Of a stretch of 64,000 bases of DNA, positions 45,984 through 58,132 are shown in pieces; within the stretch, counting starts at the first letter, position 1, and each line of letters opens with the position of its first letter. The stretch is taken from NCBI GenBank assembly GCA_046598425.1, contig JBKJIN010000032.1, positions 5,178 through 69,177 of the forward strand. The letters are read 5' to 3'. The notes below the pieces were generated by a model that searched no databases, had not been told where the DNA came from, and saw only the letters and a program-made list of their open reading frames with translations. The translations under genes were made by a program, and so were the position numbers. Source of the DNA: Marmoricola sp. GTDB taxonomy: Bacteria > Actinomycetota > Actinomycetes > Propionibacteriales > Nocardioidaceae.

Positions 45984-47008
45984 CAGGAATCGGCGGATGC
46001 AGCCCTTGCTGCGTTCTCGGCCGCCCGGATGTCCTTGCGGAGCTCCGGCGGCAGCGCGAAGATCAGCGACTCCTCGGCGGTGTGCACCGCCTTCGCGGCC
46101 GGGTACCCGCGCTCAGCCAGGAAGCTGAGCACCCCGTCGACCAGCTCCTCGGGAACCGAGGCGCCCGAGGTGACGCTGACCTTGTCGACACCGTCGAGCC
46201 AGGACTCGTCGATCTCGGACGCGTCATCGACCCGGTACGCCGACTTCGCACCGGCCTCGAGCGCGACCTCGGCCAGCCGCACGGAGTTGGAGGAGTTCGC
46301 CGAGCCGACCACGATCACCAGGTCGGCATCCGGGCTGATCTCCTTGACCGCCAGCTGACGGTTCTGGGTGGCGTAGCAGATGTCGTCGCTCGGCGGGTCG
46401 AGCAGATCGGGGAAGCGCTCCCGGATCGCGTCGACGGTCGCCATCGTCTCGTCGACCGAGAGCGTCGTCTGGGAGAGCCAGGCCACCCGCTTCGGATCCC
46501 GGACAACGATGTTCGGCACGTCCTCGGGCCCCTGGACCAGCTGGATGTGGTCGGGAGCCTCACCGGCGGTGCCCTCGACCTCCTCGTGACCCTCGTGGCC
46601 GATCAGCAGGATGTCGTAGTCGTCGGCGGCGAACCGCTTCGCCTCGTGGTGCACCTTGGTGACCAGCGGGCAGGTGGCGTCGATCGTCTTCAGCTCGCGT
46701 TCGGCAGCCTCGGCGTGCACCGCCGGGGAGACGCCGTGCGCTGAGAAGACCACGGTCTGGCCGGCCGGGACCTCGTCGAGCTCCTCGACGAAGATCGCGC
46801 CGCGGGACTCGAGGTTCGCGACCACGTGCTTGTTGTGCACGATCTGCTTGCGGACGTAGACCGGAGCGCCGTACAGGTCGAGCGCCTTCTCCACGGTGAT
46901 GACCGCCCGGTCGACGCCGGCGCAGTAGCCGCGGGGGGCAGCGAGCAGCACGGCACGCTCGGCCTCTTCAGGGGAGAGGACGCGGGGCATCGCGAGGTCG
47001 AGGTCCAT
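45983..47008 (-). CDS. ispH: 4-hydroxy-3-methylbut-2-enyl diphosphate reductase
   Basis: [35 protein letters not shown]. Confidence 0.97.
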   Translation of the reverse strand: MDLDLAMPRVLSPEEAERAVLLAAPRGYCAGVDRAVITVEKALDLYGAPVYVRKQIVHNKHVVANLESRGAIFVEELDEVPAGQTVVFSAHGVSPAVHAEAAERELKTIDATCPLVTKVHHEAKRFAADDYDILLIGHEGHEEVEGTAGEAPDHIQLVQGPEDVPNIVVRDPKRVAWLSQTTLSVDETMATVDAIRERFPDLLDPPSDDICYATQNRQLAVKEISPDADLVIVVGSANSSNSVRLAEVALEAGAKSAYRVDDASEIDESWLDGVDKVSVTSGASVPEELVDGVLSFLAERGYPAAKAVHTAEESLIFALPPELRKDIRAAENAARAASADS

Positions 47009-47077
47009 GCCTCCATCCTAGGCGAGCGAAACAGGTCGCCCGTCCGGTGTGGCCCGGGGGTGACCTAGGGTTCCGGT

Positions 47078-48370
47078 ATGGCGCTGACGACCTCACCGGA
47101 GAGCCCCGTCCCGGTTCGGCAGGTCGTCGGCCTGATCGGCGGCTGGGTCGACCGCCTCGGCGCGGTCTGGGTCGAGGGGCAGGTAGTCCAGCTCAACCGA
47201 CCGGCCGGGTCCAACACCGACTTCCTGACCCTGCGCGACAAACTCGCCGACGTCTCGGTCCAGCTGACCTGCCCGCGCGCCGTCGTGGACTCGCTGCCGA
47301 CCCCGCTGGTGAACGGCGCCCAGGTGGTCGCGCACGCCAAGCCGTCGGTGTACCCGAACCGCGGCTCCCTCTCCCTCCAGGTCCGCGAGCTGCGGCTGGT
47401 CGGCGAGGGCGAGCTCCTCGCCCGCCTCGAGCGACGCCGGCAGCTGCTCGCCGCGGAGGGCCTGTTCTCCCCCGACCTCAAGCGCCCGCTCCCATTCCTC
47501 CCGCACCGGATCGGCTTGGTCACGGCTAAGGACTCCGCCGCCGAGAAGGACGTCCTGGAGAACGCCCGTCGCCGCTGGCCCGGTGTCGCGTTCGAGGTCC
47601 GGTACGCCGCGATGCAAGGGGTGAACGCCGCGGAGCAGGTGATGGCCGCCCTCGGCGTACTCGACCGGGACCCGGAGGTCGACGTGATCGTGATCGCCCG
47701 CGGCGGCGGCTCGGTCGAGGACCTGCTGCCGTTCTCCGACGAGGCCCTGATCCGTGCCGTCGCCGCGGCGACGACCCCGGTCGTCTCCGCGATCGGTCAC
47801 GAACCGGACTCGCCGATCCTCGACCTGGTCGCCGACCTGCGAGCCTCGACCCCGACCGACGCCGCGAAGCGGATCGTGCCCGACGTCGCCGAGGAGTCGC
47901 AGCGGGTCCGTCAGGTGCGCGACCGGTTGCGTCGTACCGTCACCACCCTGCTGGCTCGGGAGCAGCAGCACCTCGACGGGTTGCGCAGCCGGCCCAGCAT
48001 GGCCGACCCGCGCAGCGACCTCGTGCACCGGCGCGACGAGGTGCTGGCCCTGCGCGAGCGGAGCCGTCGGGTGGTGGGCCACGTGCTCGACCGAGCAGCC
48101 GACGACCTTGACCACAGCCTCGCCCGGGTCCGCGCCCTCTCCCCGCTCGCCACCCTGCGCCGCGGGTACGCCGTCCTCGCCGACGCCGACGGCGCCCACG
48201 TCTCCAGCGTCGACGCCCTCGCCCCCGGCTCCGAGGTGACCGTCCGGGTCGCCGACGGGCGAATCAGCGCGACCGTCGCCGGCGTCGAGTCCATCCCGCT
48301 GCCTGCTGTGCTCAACCACCCCGAGCCCGAGAACCCCCAGCCCGAGAAGGATGTCGATCGCGATGAGTGA
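47078..48370 (+). CDS. xseA: exodeoxyribonuclease VII large subunit
   Basis: [34 protein letters not shown]. Confidence 0.96.
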   Translation: MALTTSPESPVPVRQVVGLIGGWVDRLGAVWVEGQVVQLNRPAGSNTDFLTLRDKLADVSVQLTCPRAVVDSLPTPLVNGAQVVAHAKPSVYPNRGSLSLQVRELRLVGEGELLARLERRRQLLAAEGLFSPDLKRPLPFLPHRIGLVTAKDSAAEKDVLENARRRWPGVAFEVRYAAMQGVNAAEQVMAALGVLDRDPEVDVIVIARGGGSVEDLLPFSDEALIRAVAAATTPVVSAIGHEPDSPILDLVADLRASTPTDAAKRIVPDVAEESQRVRQVRDRLRRTVTTLLAREQQHLDGLRSRPSMADPRSDLVHRRDEVLALRERSRRVVGHVLDRAADDLDHSLARVRALSPLATLRRGYAVLADADGAHVSSVDALAPGSEVTVRVADGRISATVAGVESIPLPAVLNHPEPENPQPEKDVDRDE

Positions 48371-48578
48371 GAAGGCCCAGGCGCCGCTGAGCTACGAGGA
48401 AGCGCGCGAGCAGCTGATCGAGACCGTTCGAACCCTGGAGCAGGGCGGCACCACGCTCGCGGAGTCGCTGGCCCTCTGGGAGCGCGGCGAGCAGCTGGCG
48501 AAGACGTGCCAGGACGCGCTCGACGGCGCCCGCGCCCGGCTGGACGCGGTCCTCGCCGCCGACCCAGACGCTGGTTGA
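48363..48578 (+). CDS. xseB: exodeoxyribonuclease VII small subunit
   Basis: SYEEAREQL…LEQG…[11 protein letters not shown]. Confidence 0.95.
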   Translation: MSEKAQAPLSYEEAREQLIETVRTLEQGGTTLAESLALWERGEQLAKTCQDALDGARARLDAVLAADPDAG

Positions 48579-48607
48579 GCCTGCGCCGTCCTGAGCCTGT
48601 CGAAGGG
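48573..48607. repeat. REP-like remnants
   Basis: GGTTGAGCCTG and CTGAGCCTGTCGAAGGG share the core of the 62217 palindrome. Confidence 0.6.
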
Positions 48608-48616
48608 TCGTACCCC

Positions 48617-49171
48617 TCAGCGCCCGTCGCGGTCACGCAGGGTGCCAGCGAAGGCGCGGATCTCCTCGTCCGCGGCTGACCCCGCCACCAGCACGGACTC
48701 GCTGCGGCCGCCGGGCACGGTCACGTCCCGGGACAACGCGTAGTCGCCCCCGCCGTCAGTCCAGGACTGCCAGGTGATGCCGTTGATGACCACGTCCGGC
48801 CCCCGGGTCGCGTTTTCGTCGACGACCCGCTCGACCAGGTCCCGCGAGCTGTCGTAGGTCTCCTCCAGCCCGACGAACCTGCCGGAGTCGGTGAGCATCC
48901 CCAACCGCCACCGGGCGTCGCGACCACCCAGGTACGTCGCCGAGGTCGCGCGCCAACCTTCCGGCAACGCGTCCGGGGCGTACAACCGAAGGGCGTCGTC
49001 CGCGCGCCCCGCCTTGACCCACGCACTCCAGTCGACCGTCTTGACCGGCTGCACCGACTCGCTCGGACGGCCGAGGTAGTACCAACCGATCGCCGCCGCC
49101 AGCGCGACCGCCAGCGCCACGATCCCGCTCATGAACGGCCGGATGCGTCGTGCCTCAGCTTCGGTGACCAT
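48617..49171 (-). CDS. DUF4245 domain protein
   Basis: TM anchor, LPEGWRATS, WRLG; conserved position between xseB and glpX. Confidence 0.82.
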   Translation of the reverse strand: MVTEAEARRIRPFMSGIVALAVALAAAIGWYYLGRPSESVQPVKTVDWSAWVKAGRADDALRLYAPDALPEGWRATSATYLGGRDARWRLGMLTDSGRFVGLEETYDSSRDLVERVVDENATRGPDVVINGITWQSWTDGGGDYALSRDVTVPGGRSESVLVAGSAADEEIRAFAGTLRDRDGR

Positions 49172-49226
49172 GCCCCCATCTTGCCAACCGGAACCCGACG
49201 ACCCGCATCCGGTGCAGACTGACCAC

Positions 49227-49625
49227 GTGACCAGCGCGACGACGTACCGGATCGCCGAGGCGGCTGAGCTGCTCGGAGTCAGCGACGACACCGTCCGTCG
49301 GTGGATCGACCAGGGCCGGCTCGCGGCCGTCCAGGTGAATGGCCGAGCCTGTGTCGACGGCGTCGAGCTGGCCGCGCTGGCCGAGTCGCTCGCCGACTCC
49401 CCTGACGAGGACGGGCGGCGGAGGTCCTCGGCCCGCAACCGGTTGCCCGGCATCGTGGTGACGGTCAAGAAGGACACCGTGATGGCCCAGGTCGAGATGA
49501 TCTGCGGCCCGCACCGGGTCGTGTCGTTGATGTCCGCCGACGCCGCCGACGAGCTCGGCCTGGTTCCCGGAGCGCGGGCGACCGCCTCGATCAAGTCGAC
49601 GAACGTCATCGTCGAACGACCTTGA
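49227..49625 (+). CDS. HTH + TOBE molybdate-responsive regulator (ModE-like)
   Basis: [32 protein letters not shown]. Confidence 0.88.
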   Translation: MTSATTYRIAEAAELLGVSDDTVRRWIDQGRLAAVQVNGRACVDGVELAALAESLADSPDEDGRRRSSARNRLPGIVVTVKKDTVMAQVEMICGPHRVVSLMSADAADELGLVPGARATASIKSTNVIVERP

Positions 49626-49705
49626 ACGATCCAGAGCGTCTCGCGGGCGGGATCGCCGGGGCGTCTCGTCCGAGATGGGGTCCGTCGACCGATAACATCG
49701 GCCCC

Positions 49706-50731
49706 ATGTCCGAATCCCACCTGCCCGATTCGCTCGCCGTGGCTCCCACGTCACCCGACCGCAACCTCGCCCTCGAGCTCGTCCGGGTGACCGAAGCCGC
49801 CGCGATGGCCGCCGGTCGCTGGGTCGGGAGAGGCGACAAGAACGGAGCGGACGGAGTCGCGGTCAACGCGATGCGGACCCTGATCTCGACCGTGGGCATG
49901 CGCGGCACCGTCGTCATCGGCGAAGGCGAGAAGGACAACGCCCCGATGCTCTACAACGGCGAGGAGGTCGGCGACGGCACCGGCCCGGAGTGCGACGTCG
50001 CCGTCGACCCGATCGACGGCACCACGCTCACCGCGAAGGGCATGTCCAACGCGATCGCCGTGCTCGCCGTATCTCCCCGCGGCTCGATGTACGACCCGTC
50101 CGCGGTCTTCTACATGGAGAAGCTCGTCACCGGTCCGGAAGCCGCCGACGTCGTCGACATCCGGTACCCGGTCGCAGAGAACATCCACCTGGTCGCGAAG
50201 GCCAAGGGCGGCAAGCCGGAGGACGTCACCGTCGTCCTGCTCGACCGCCCCCGGCACGAGGAGATGGCGCGCGAGATCCGCGACACCGGCGCCCGGATCA
50301 AGTACATCACCGATGGCGATGTCGCCGGCGCGATCATGGCGGCCCGCGCGGACACCGGCGTCGACCTCCTGCTCGGCATCGGCGGCACCCCCGAAGGCAT
50401 CATCACCGCCTGCGCCATCAAGTGCATGGACGGCGTCATCCAGGGCAAGCTTTGGCCGACCAGCGACGAGGAGCGCGAGCGCGCGCTGGCCGCAGGGCTC
50501 GACCTGGACCAGATCCTGCTGACCGATGACCTGGTCTCCGGGGACGACTGCTTCTTCGTCGCCACCGGCATCACCGACGGAGAGCTGATGAAGGGCGTCC
50601 GGTACCGCGCCGGCGGCGCCTCCACGCACTCGCTGGTGATGCGCAGCCGCAGCGGCACGATCCGCGAGATCATTAGCGACCACAAGCTCAGCAAGCTGCG
50701 CGCGTACGCCAACGTCGACTTCGACCGTTGA
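49706..50731 (+). CDS. glpX: class II fructose-1,6-bisphosphatase
   Basis: [36 protein letters not shown]. Confidence 0.97.
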   Translation: MSESHLPDSLAVAPTSPDRNLALELVRVTEAAAMAAGRWVGRGDKNGADGVAVNAMRTLISTVGMRGTVVIGEGEKDNAPMLYNGEEVGDGTGPECDVAVDPIDGTTLTAKGMSNAIAVLAVSPRGSMYDPSAVFYMEKLVTGPEAADVVDIRYPVAENIHLVAKAKGGKPEDVTVVLLDRPRHEEMAREIRDTGARIKYITDGDVAGAIMAARADTGVDLLLGIGGTPEGIITACAIKCMDGVIQGKLWPTSDEERERALAAGLDLDQILLTDDLVSGDDCFFVATGITDGELMKGVRYRAGGASTHSLVMRSRSGTIREIISDHKLSKLRAYANVDFDR

Positions 50732-50747
50732 TCCTGATGGCGCCGGC

Positions 50748-51698
50748 GTGATCGTCGTCGTCGGCGAGTCTCTGGTCGATCTCACCACCGGCCCCGACGG
50801 TCGCGTCGTCGAGTCCGTGGGCGGGTCTCCGTTGAACGTGGCCGTTGCGCTCGCCGGTCTCGACGCGGCGACGCTGCTGATCTCCGAGTTCGGCAGCGAC
50901 GACCGCGCGGCCGTGATCCAGCGCTACCTGAGCGACCACGAAGTCGAGCTCGTCGCGAGCCCCAACGCCGACGGCCGTACGCCGACCGCGACCGTGCTGC
51001 TCGATGCCGGCGCCGGGGCCGGGGCCGAGGTGGGCTACGAGCTCGACCTGTCCTGGCATCTCACCCATACCGATCTCCCGGAGTGCGACGCCCTGCACGT
51101 CGGATCGCTCGCCACTGTCCTGGAACCGGGCCGCGACACCGTGCTCGACCTGGTCGAGCAGGCCTGGGCGCTCGACGTCTTCATCAGCTACGACCCGAAC
51201 GTCCGGGCTGGCGGACCGAAATCCTGGCTGACCGACCACGACCACGACCAGGCGTGGGGTGACGTCGAGTCGCTGGCGGACCGGGCCAACCTGGTGAAGC
51301 TGAGCGAGCAGGACATCGCGCTTCTCCACCCCGGCGCAGATCCCGACGATATCGCCCGGTCCCTGCTCACCGGCGAACGCACCGAACTGGTGATCCTCAC
51401 CCGGGGCCCACGCGGGGCGACCGCGTACGTCGACGGGTTGGCCGTCGACGTACCAGCGGCACCGGTCGCCGTGGTCGACACCGTCGGCGCCGGGGACGCG
51501 TTCATGGCCGGCGTCCTGGCGACCCTGCTCGAGGACGGGGCGTTCGGCAACTACGCCGGCGGACTTCCCCACGACCAGCGGTCGCTCGAGCGGCTCCTGA
51601 CCGCAGCGGCCGAGGTGGCCGGGATCAGCTGCTCGCGAGCGGGAGCAGCGCCGCCGTCGCGTGCGGAACTGCGTCCTGGGTGGCCGGGCTCAGGTTGA
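50748..51698 (+). CDS. PfkB family carbohydrate kinase (fructokinase-like)
   Basis: GGSPLNVA, YDPNVR, DTVGAGDAF. Confidence 0.92.
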   Translation: MIVVVGESLVDLTTGPDGRVVESVGGSPLNVAVALAGLDAATLLISEFGSDDRAAVIQRYLSDHEVELVASPNADGRTPTATVLLDAGAGAGAEVGYELDLSWHLTHTDLPECDALHVGSLATVLEPGRDTVLDLVEQAWALDVFISYDPNVRAGGPKSWLTDHDHDQAWGDVESLADRANLVKLSEQDIALLHPGADPDDIARSLLTGERTELVILTRGPRGATAYVDGLAVDVPAAPVAVVDTVGAGDAFMAGVLATLLEDGAFGNYAGGLPHDQRSLERLLTAAAEVAGISCSRAGAAPPSRAELRPGWPGSG

Positions 51699-52503
51699 TC
51701 CGGGCCTGCCGCTGACCCTCGAGCGCCTCGCGGACCGCGTCGAAGACCCGTGGGTCGATCGCCATCCCGACGTGGCTGGCGGTGACCTCGACCGGGACTG
51801 CGGCCGGGTCCAGGCAGGCACGCCAGTCGACGATCCCGTCCCGCTGGGAGTAGATCGCCGTGAAACCGACCGACGGATCCAGCTCGACGCGCGTCTCCTC
51901 GAAGCTCGCCCGCGCGCAGGAGCCGGCGATGCAGTCCTCGCTCATCAGCCCGCCGAACCCGGCGCGGGTCAGCCGGGTGAGCAGTTCGGCGTCCCGGGCG
52001 AGCAGGTCGTGGACCGCACCGGGCGCCATGATCGGGCTGCCCATCGAAACAATGCCCCCGATCAGGTCCGGCCGGCGTGCGGCCAGGGCTCGGGCGAGCA
52101 TGCCGCCGAGGCTGTGGCCGACGAGGGAGACCTTCCGGCCGCGGCGGTTCGCGATCGCCTCGACCAGGCGCTCGAGCCGGTCCGCAGCCTCGCGGGTGCA
52201 CCCCATGTTCATCCGGATCCGCGAACGGTAGGTCCGGTAGCCGGCGCCGCGCAGCATCGCGGCCATCCCGACCAGGGTGTAGTCACCGGCCATGAACCCG
52301 GGGATCAGCAGGACCGGCTCGACCGCGGCCGGGCGTTCGTGGTGCACGTACGGGAGCGCGGCCCGACCTCGTCGGTCGGCACTCGCGCGATGTAGGTACC
52401 GCGCAGCCTCTCCGACGATGCTGCCTTCGCGTGAGAGCGCCTTGAACCCCTGGGGCCCGAGGAACCCCTCAGGCTTGAGAAAGTCCCCGATCGGTGAGTT
52501 CAC
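51625..52503 (-). CDS. esterase/lipase family alpha/beta hydrolase
   Basis: PVLLIPGF, GHSLGG, DGIVDW, SHVGM. Confidence 0.85.
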   Translation of the reverse strand: MNSPIGDFLKPEGFLGPQGFKALSREGSIVGEAARYLHRASADRRGRAALPYVHHERPAAVEPVLLIPGFMAGDYTLVGMAAMLRGAGYRTYRSRIRMNMGCTREAADRLERLVEAIANRRGRKVSLVGHSLGGMLARALAARRPDLIGGIVSMGSPIMAPGAVHDLLARDAELLTRLTRAGFGGLMSEDCIAGSCARASFEETRVELDPSVGFTAIYSQRDGIVDWRACLDPAAVPVEVTASHVGMAIDPRVFDAVREALEGQRQARINLSPATQDAVPHATAALLPLASS

Positions 52504-52618
52504 ACTGTCGAAGGTAACGGAAACCACAGTTCTCTTAACGGAACTCGACTGATTTCGTCACCTGAGTCGGGGATGCTGAATCCGTAGAACTCAGACCTTC
52601 CACGTCGAGAGGCAACCC

Positions 52619-53597
52619 ATGCCCCGTATCCGAGCCCGCCGTACCCCCGACCCCACGGGGACCGAGGTCGCCGTCAGCGACGAGCTGTACGCGCCGGTGA
52701 GCGCCGAGGTCGAGCTCTGCTACCAGACGTACGGCGACCCCGACGCCGACCCGTTGCTCCTGGTGATGGGGCTCGGCGGGCCGATGACCTGGTGGGACTC
52801 GGACCTGTGCACCCTGCTCGCCCGGAGGGGCTTCTACGTCATCCGGTACGACAACCGCGACACCGGCAGGTCCAGCCGGGGAGTCGGCCGGATCACCCGG
52901 CCGATGCTGTTCCAGGCCGGGCTCGGCCGAAAGGTGGCGGCGCCGTACTCGCTCGACGACCTGGCCCACGACGCCTTCGGGCTCCTCGACCACCTCGGGA
53001 TCGACGCTGCCCACGTCGCCGGCGTCTCGATGGGCGGGATGATCGGGCAGACGATGGCGATCGCGCAGGGCAAGCACTCCGGGGCGGCCCGGGTCCGCAG
53101 CCTAGTCTCGATCATGTCGACCACCGGCCGCCGGACGGTCGGCTGGCAGGACCCGCGTATGGTCCCGGTGATGCTCGCTCCCCGTGGGAACGACCGCGAG
53201 TCCTACATCGCAGCGTCCCGCAAGGTGGGTCAGATCCTCGGTTCACCGGGCTTCCCGGAGTCGGCCGAGTCCGCCCGCCGCCGGGCCGAGGTCACCTACG
53301 ACCGGGGGCTCAACCCTGCCGGCGTGATGCGCCAGATGATGGCCGTCCTCACCCAGCCGAACCGGCAGCAGGCGCTGCACTCGCTGCGGATCCCCGCCGC
53401 CGTTATCCACGGCATGGAGGACCGGCTGGTGCACCCGTCGGGCGGTCGGGCGACCGCGCAGGCGATCCCCGGAGCCCAGCTCCTGCTCATCCCGGGCATG
53501 GGGCACAACCTGCCGGTCGAGCTGCACGAGACCTACGCCGACGTCATCCGGCGGACCGCGGACAAGGCCGGAGGCCGGCACGGACTAATCTTGCCGG

Positions 53598-53614
<17 letters not shown>
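52619..53614 (+). CDS. alpha/beta hydrolase (LipG-like)
   Basis: LLVMGLG, DNRDTG, GVSMGG, GMGHNL. Confidence 0.88.
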
Positions 53615-55307
<1,693 letters not shown>

Positions 55308-55409
55308 TACCGACTTTCAGGCGACACTGCAACCGCCGGCTTCGGACACCGCTACGACGTCCAGAAGTCCACCGTCGTCGCCAGATCCCGCACCCTGGGC
55401 CGACCCTGG

Positions 55410-55435
55410 GGAACTCCGCCCCGCTCCCGCGCGTT
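55410..55435 (+). promoter_or_regulatory. SigE/SigH(SigR)-type ECF promoter
   Basis: GGAAC-N17-CGTT upstream of the Zn-finger gene. Confidence 0.6.
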
Positions 55436-55473
55436 CCACCCACGACCCCTCCACGGACACCAAGGAGTCCCCC

Positions 55474-55737
55474 ATGCAGTGCCCCACCGACGGCGCCGTC
55501 CTCGTGATGAGCGACCGCAACGGCATCGAGATCGACTACTGCCCGACCTGCCGTGGCGTCTGGCTCGACCGCGGCGAGCTCGACAAGATCATCGAGCGGT
55601 CGCTGACCGTGCAGGCTCCGCCGCCCCCTGCGCAGACCTACCAGCAGCCGCCGCAGCAGACCTACCAGCAGCGCCCGCAGCAGGGGTACTACAAGCAGAA
55701 GCGCAAGGAGTCCTGGCTCTCAGAGCTCTTCGACTGA
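55474..55737 (+). CDS. zf-TFIIB domain Zn-finger protein
   Basis: MQCP…IDYCPTCRGVWLDRGELDK…SWLSELFD; AAGGAG RBS. Confidence 0.9.
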   Translation: MQCPTDGAVLVMSDRNGIEIDYCPTCRGVWLDRGELDKIIERSLTVQAPPPPAQTYQQPPQQTYQQRPQQGYYKQKRKESWLSELFD

Positions 55738-55744
55738 GGTCGGC

Positions 55745-55921
55745 TCACGCGAAGACGATGTTGGCCCCGATCGCCTCGAGCATCTCGGGGGTCACATCGG
55801 TGACGCCGTGGTCCTCCCGGGCGTGGGCAACGACCATCTCCAGGATGTGGTCGCGGCTCTCGTCCTCGAAGCGTGCCGAGCAGCCCGGTACGGCGTCGCC
55901 GCAGGACAGTGTGAACTTCAT
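55745..55921 (-). CDS. DUF1059 small metal-binding protein (58 aa, absent from the ORF track)
   Basis: MKFTLSCGDAVPGCSARFEDESRDHILEMVVAHAREDHG…; AAGGAG RBS. Confidence 0.85.
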   Translation of the reverse strand: MKFTLSCGDAVPGCSARFEDESRDHILEMVVAHAREDHGVTDVTPEMLEAIGANIVFA

Positions 55922-55960
55922 GATGGTTCTCCTTCGTGAGGTCCCGGTGGACCTCGTCGG

Positions 55961-56869
55961 TCATGGGGTGGCGGGCCGTTCCTTCGGCAGCCGGACCAGG
56001 AACACAGTGCTGTCGTCATCGCCCTCGGCGCCGAGGATCCCGCCGTGGGCGACGGTCAGCGCCCGGGCGACGTAGAGACCGAGGGTGACGCCGGTCGCGT
56101 CGTCGTTCGCACCGAACGGGTCGAACAGGGCCTGGATGACCAGCGGACCGATCTGGCTGCCTTCGCGGACGACCCGGATCTCGTGCCAGGAGCCCGCCTC
56201 GACCACGTCGAGGTAGACCCACGCGGGTTCCGGGTCGCGGCGCGCGACGACTACCAGGTCGGCGAGCACGCGGCGCAGCAGCCGAGGGTCAGCGTAGACG
56301 GTCAGGTCCCGCCCCTGGCGTACCTCCGGCTCCCCGGGGAGCCCGAGGCCCAGGCTCGCGGCCGCCACCGGCTCGACGCCGACCCGGAGCCGTCCCAGGG
56401 ACACCGACGCGGCCAGCTCGACGTTGACGACGTGCTCGGACAGACGGTCCAACGCCTCCGACATGCTGGCGATCGAGTGGGCGACCCCGTCGGGCGGCAC
56501 GTCGCCGTCGGCGAGCACCATCGCCCACCCCTTCGCCACCGACAGCGGCGTGCGCAGCTCGTGGGCGAACGCGGTCAGGAAGCGGTCGCGCTGGCGGGCC
56601 TCGTCTGGGTCGGGCCGGTTGGTCACCGCCCCGGAGCCGGCGACGAGGAAGTCGCGCACCCAACGATGCAGGGTCGAGGACTCGATGTCCCACTCCTGCG
56701 CCACATGGTCGATCTGCCTGCCACCGAGCACCTCGAGGACCATCGAGACCCGGGGGTCGACACCTGACTGGGCCGCGACCCGCGGATCGACCTGGGGGTC
56801 GACCTGAGCGCCCCCCGCGCCACCGTGCAGAAGCCGTGGCCGAGCAGATTTCGCCGCCTTGGTCGTCAC
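55961..56869 (-). CDS. HTH-fused soluble histidine kinase-like protein with degenerate ATPase boxes
   Basis: N-terminal HTH (IDHVAQEWDIESSTLHRWV), H-box FAHELRTPL, LFDPF, LGLYVAR…HGG. Confidence 0.8.
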   Translation of the reverse strand: MTTKAAKSARPRLLHGGAGGAQVDPQVDPRVAAQSGVDPRVSMVLEVLGGRQIDHVAQEWDIESSTLHRWVRDFLVAGSGAVTNRPDPDEARQRDRFLTAFAHELRTPLSVAKGWAMVLADGDVPPDGVAHSIASMSEALDRLSEHVVNVELAASVSLGRLRVGVEPVAAASLGLGLPGEPEVRQGRDLTVYADPRLLRRVLADLVVVARRDPEPAWVYLDVVEAGSWHEIRVVREGSQIGPLVIQALFDPFGANDDATGVTLGLYVARALTVAHGGILGAEGDDDSTVFLVRLPKERPATP

Positions 56870-56907
56870 CCTCTCCTCACTCCCGGACCGCACGCACCAG
56901 CACCGCG

Positions 56908-57918
56908 CTAGTAGGCGTAGCCCCAGGGGTCGGCCATGCCGAAGGCGTAGGGCACCGGCGGGGCGTCACCGTTGTGCGCCGCGCAGAACGCGTCGCGGGG
57001 TGCCGTCGAGCTGAGCAGCGGGACGTACGACATTGTCGCCAGGATCCCCTGCGCCGCCGTGTTCGCCTGCGTCTCGATGTTCGCCGCGACCAGGGCCCGC
57101 GCCGCGGCGGTCGGCGCCGAGACCAGTGCCTCGGCGTTGCGCCAGGCGTTCTCCCGCCAGGACGAGACCATCTGGAAAAGTGCTGCGTTGCCGATCCCGA
57201 GCGGGTCGGCGGAATCGTCGATGCTCGGGTCGAACCGGGCGGCGAACTCCGCCATCAGCGGCGCCGTCGCCTCGTAGAGCCAGGCCTCGACAGCGTCGTA
57301 GTCGACCTTGCGGGTCGAGCCGTCCGACGCCACCAGACCGACAGCGGCCATCACGTACGGCAGGTCCCGGTTGATGTGCGCGTTCATCCCCAGCAGCAGG
57401 TCACCGGCGCCGCTGACCTTCTTGTCCTTGGCTGCATCCAGGGCGATCAGCCAGGACTGCGGTACGTCACCGCGATTGCCTGACTTCCAGTTGTAGTAAG
57501 AATCGGTGTAGTACCGGGCGAACACGGCGTCGACGTGGTTGAAGTAGGCGACGTCCTGGTAGTAGCCCGGGATCTCCCGGGTGTGGCCGTAGAGCTGGGT
57601 CATCCGGACGTAGGCCCGGGCGAAGATCGCGTTGTGGCTGCAGTTGCTCGCCGTCTCGTCGGCGATCCTGCTCTGCTCCTTCAGCGTGCCGTGCAAGCAG
57701 TTGGAACGGCCCGCCACGCAGTCGTTGTCGCTGGACGGCACATACTCCTCGGTCCAGCCGTCCAGGTACGAGGACCACGGAACGTAGGGCACGAGCTCCG
57801 CCCGCGCCGGGGGCGCCGTTGCGATGGCGCCGAGCGCCGTGACCAGTGCCGCGACCAGCGCCGCGACCAGTGTCACGACAGCCGTTCTGCGACGGGACAC
57901 CAAGAACTTCGCGTACAT
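56908..57918 (-). CDS. secreted DUF5995 family protein
   Basis: Signal peptide; FARAY…T, FARYY, LLLGMNAHINRDL, WRENAW. Confidence 0.8.
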   Translation of the reverse strand: MYAKFLVSRRRTAVVTLVAALVAALVTALGAIATAPPARAELVPYVPWSSYLDGWTEEYVPSSDNDCVAGRSNCLHGTLKEQSRIADETASNCSHNAIFARAYVRMTQLYGHTREIPGYYQDVAYFNHVDAVFARYYTDSYYNWKSGNRGDVPQSWLIALDAAKDKKVSGAGDLLLGMNAHINRDLPYVMAAVGLVASDGSTRKVDYDAVEAWLYEATAPLMAEFAARFDPSIDDSADPLGIGNAALFQMVSSWRENAWRNAEALVSAPTAAARALVAANIETQANTAAQGILATMSYVPLLSSTAPRDAFCAAHNGDAPPVPYAFGMADPWGYAY

Positions 57919-58132
57919 CGCGCTCCCTCCCCAGGGCGTTGTTTGCGTAGTACGGAATCCTATGAGCCGTTAGTCCGTTTTGTCTCTGGTCGAAACGGAC
58001 CAGCCCATTGGTCCCAACCCAGACATTTCGCCCGGTTTTCGGCGGTCGGCGGCATTCCACCCGGTCGCTGACGGCTCGCGGGTTAGCATGCGAACGGCCG
58101 CCGGACGGCGGATCTTAGGTGGAGGCAACCGC

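Noticed and set aside
56620-56760. IS3-family transposase remnant
   Set aside because: The HTH is in frame with a HisKA domain; no DDE ORF, terminal inverted repeats or target duplication
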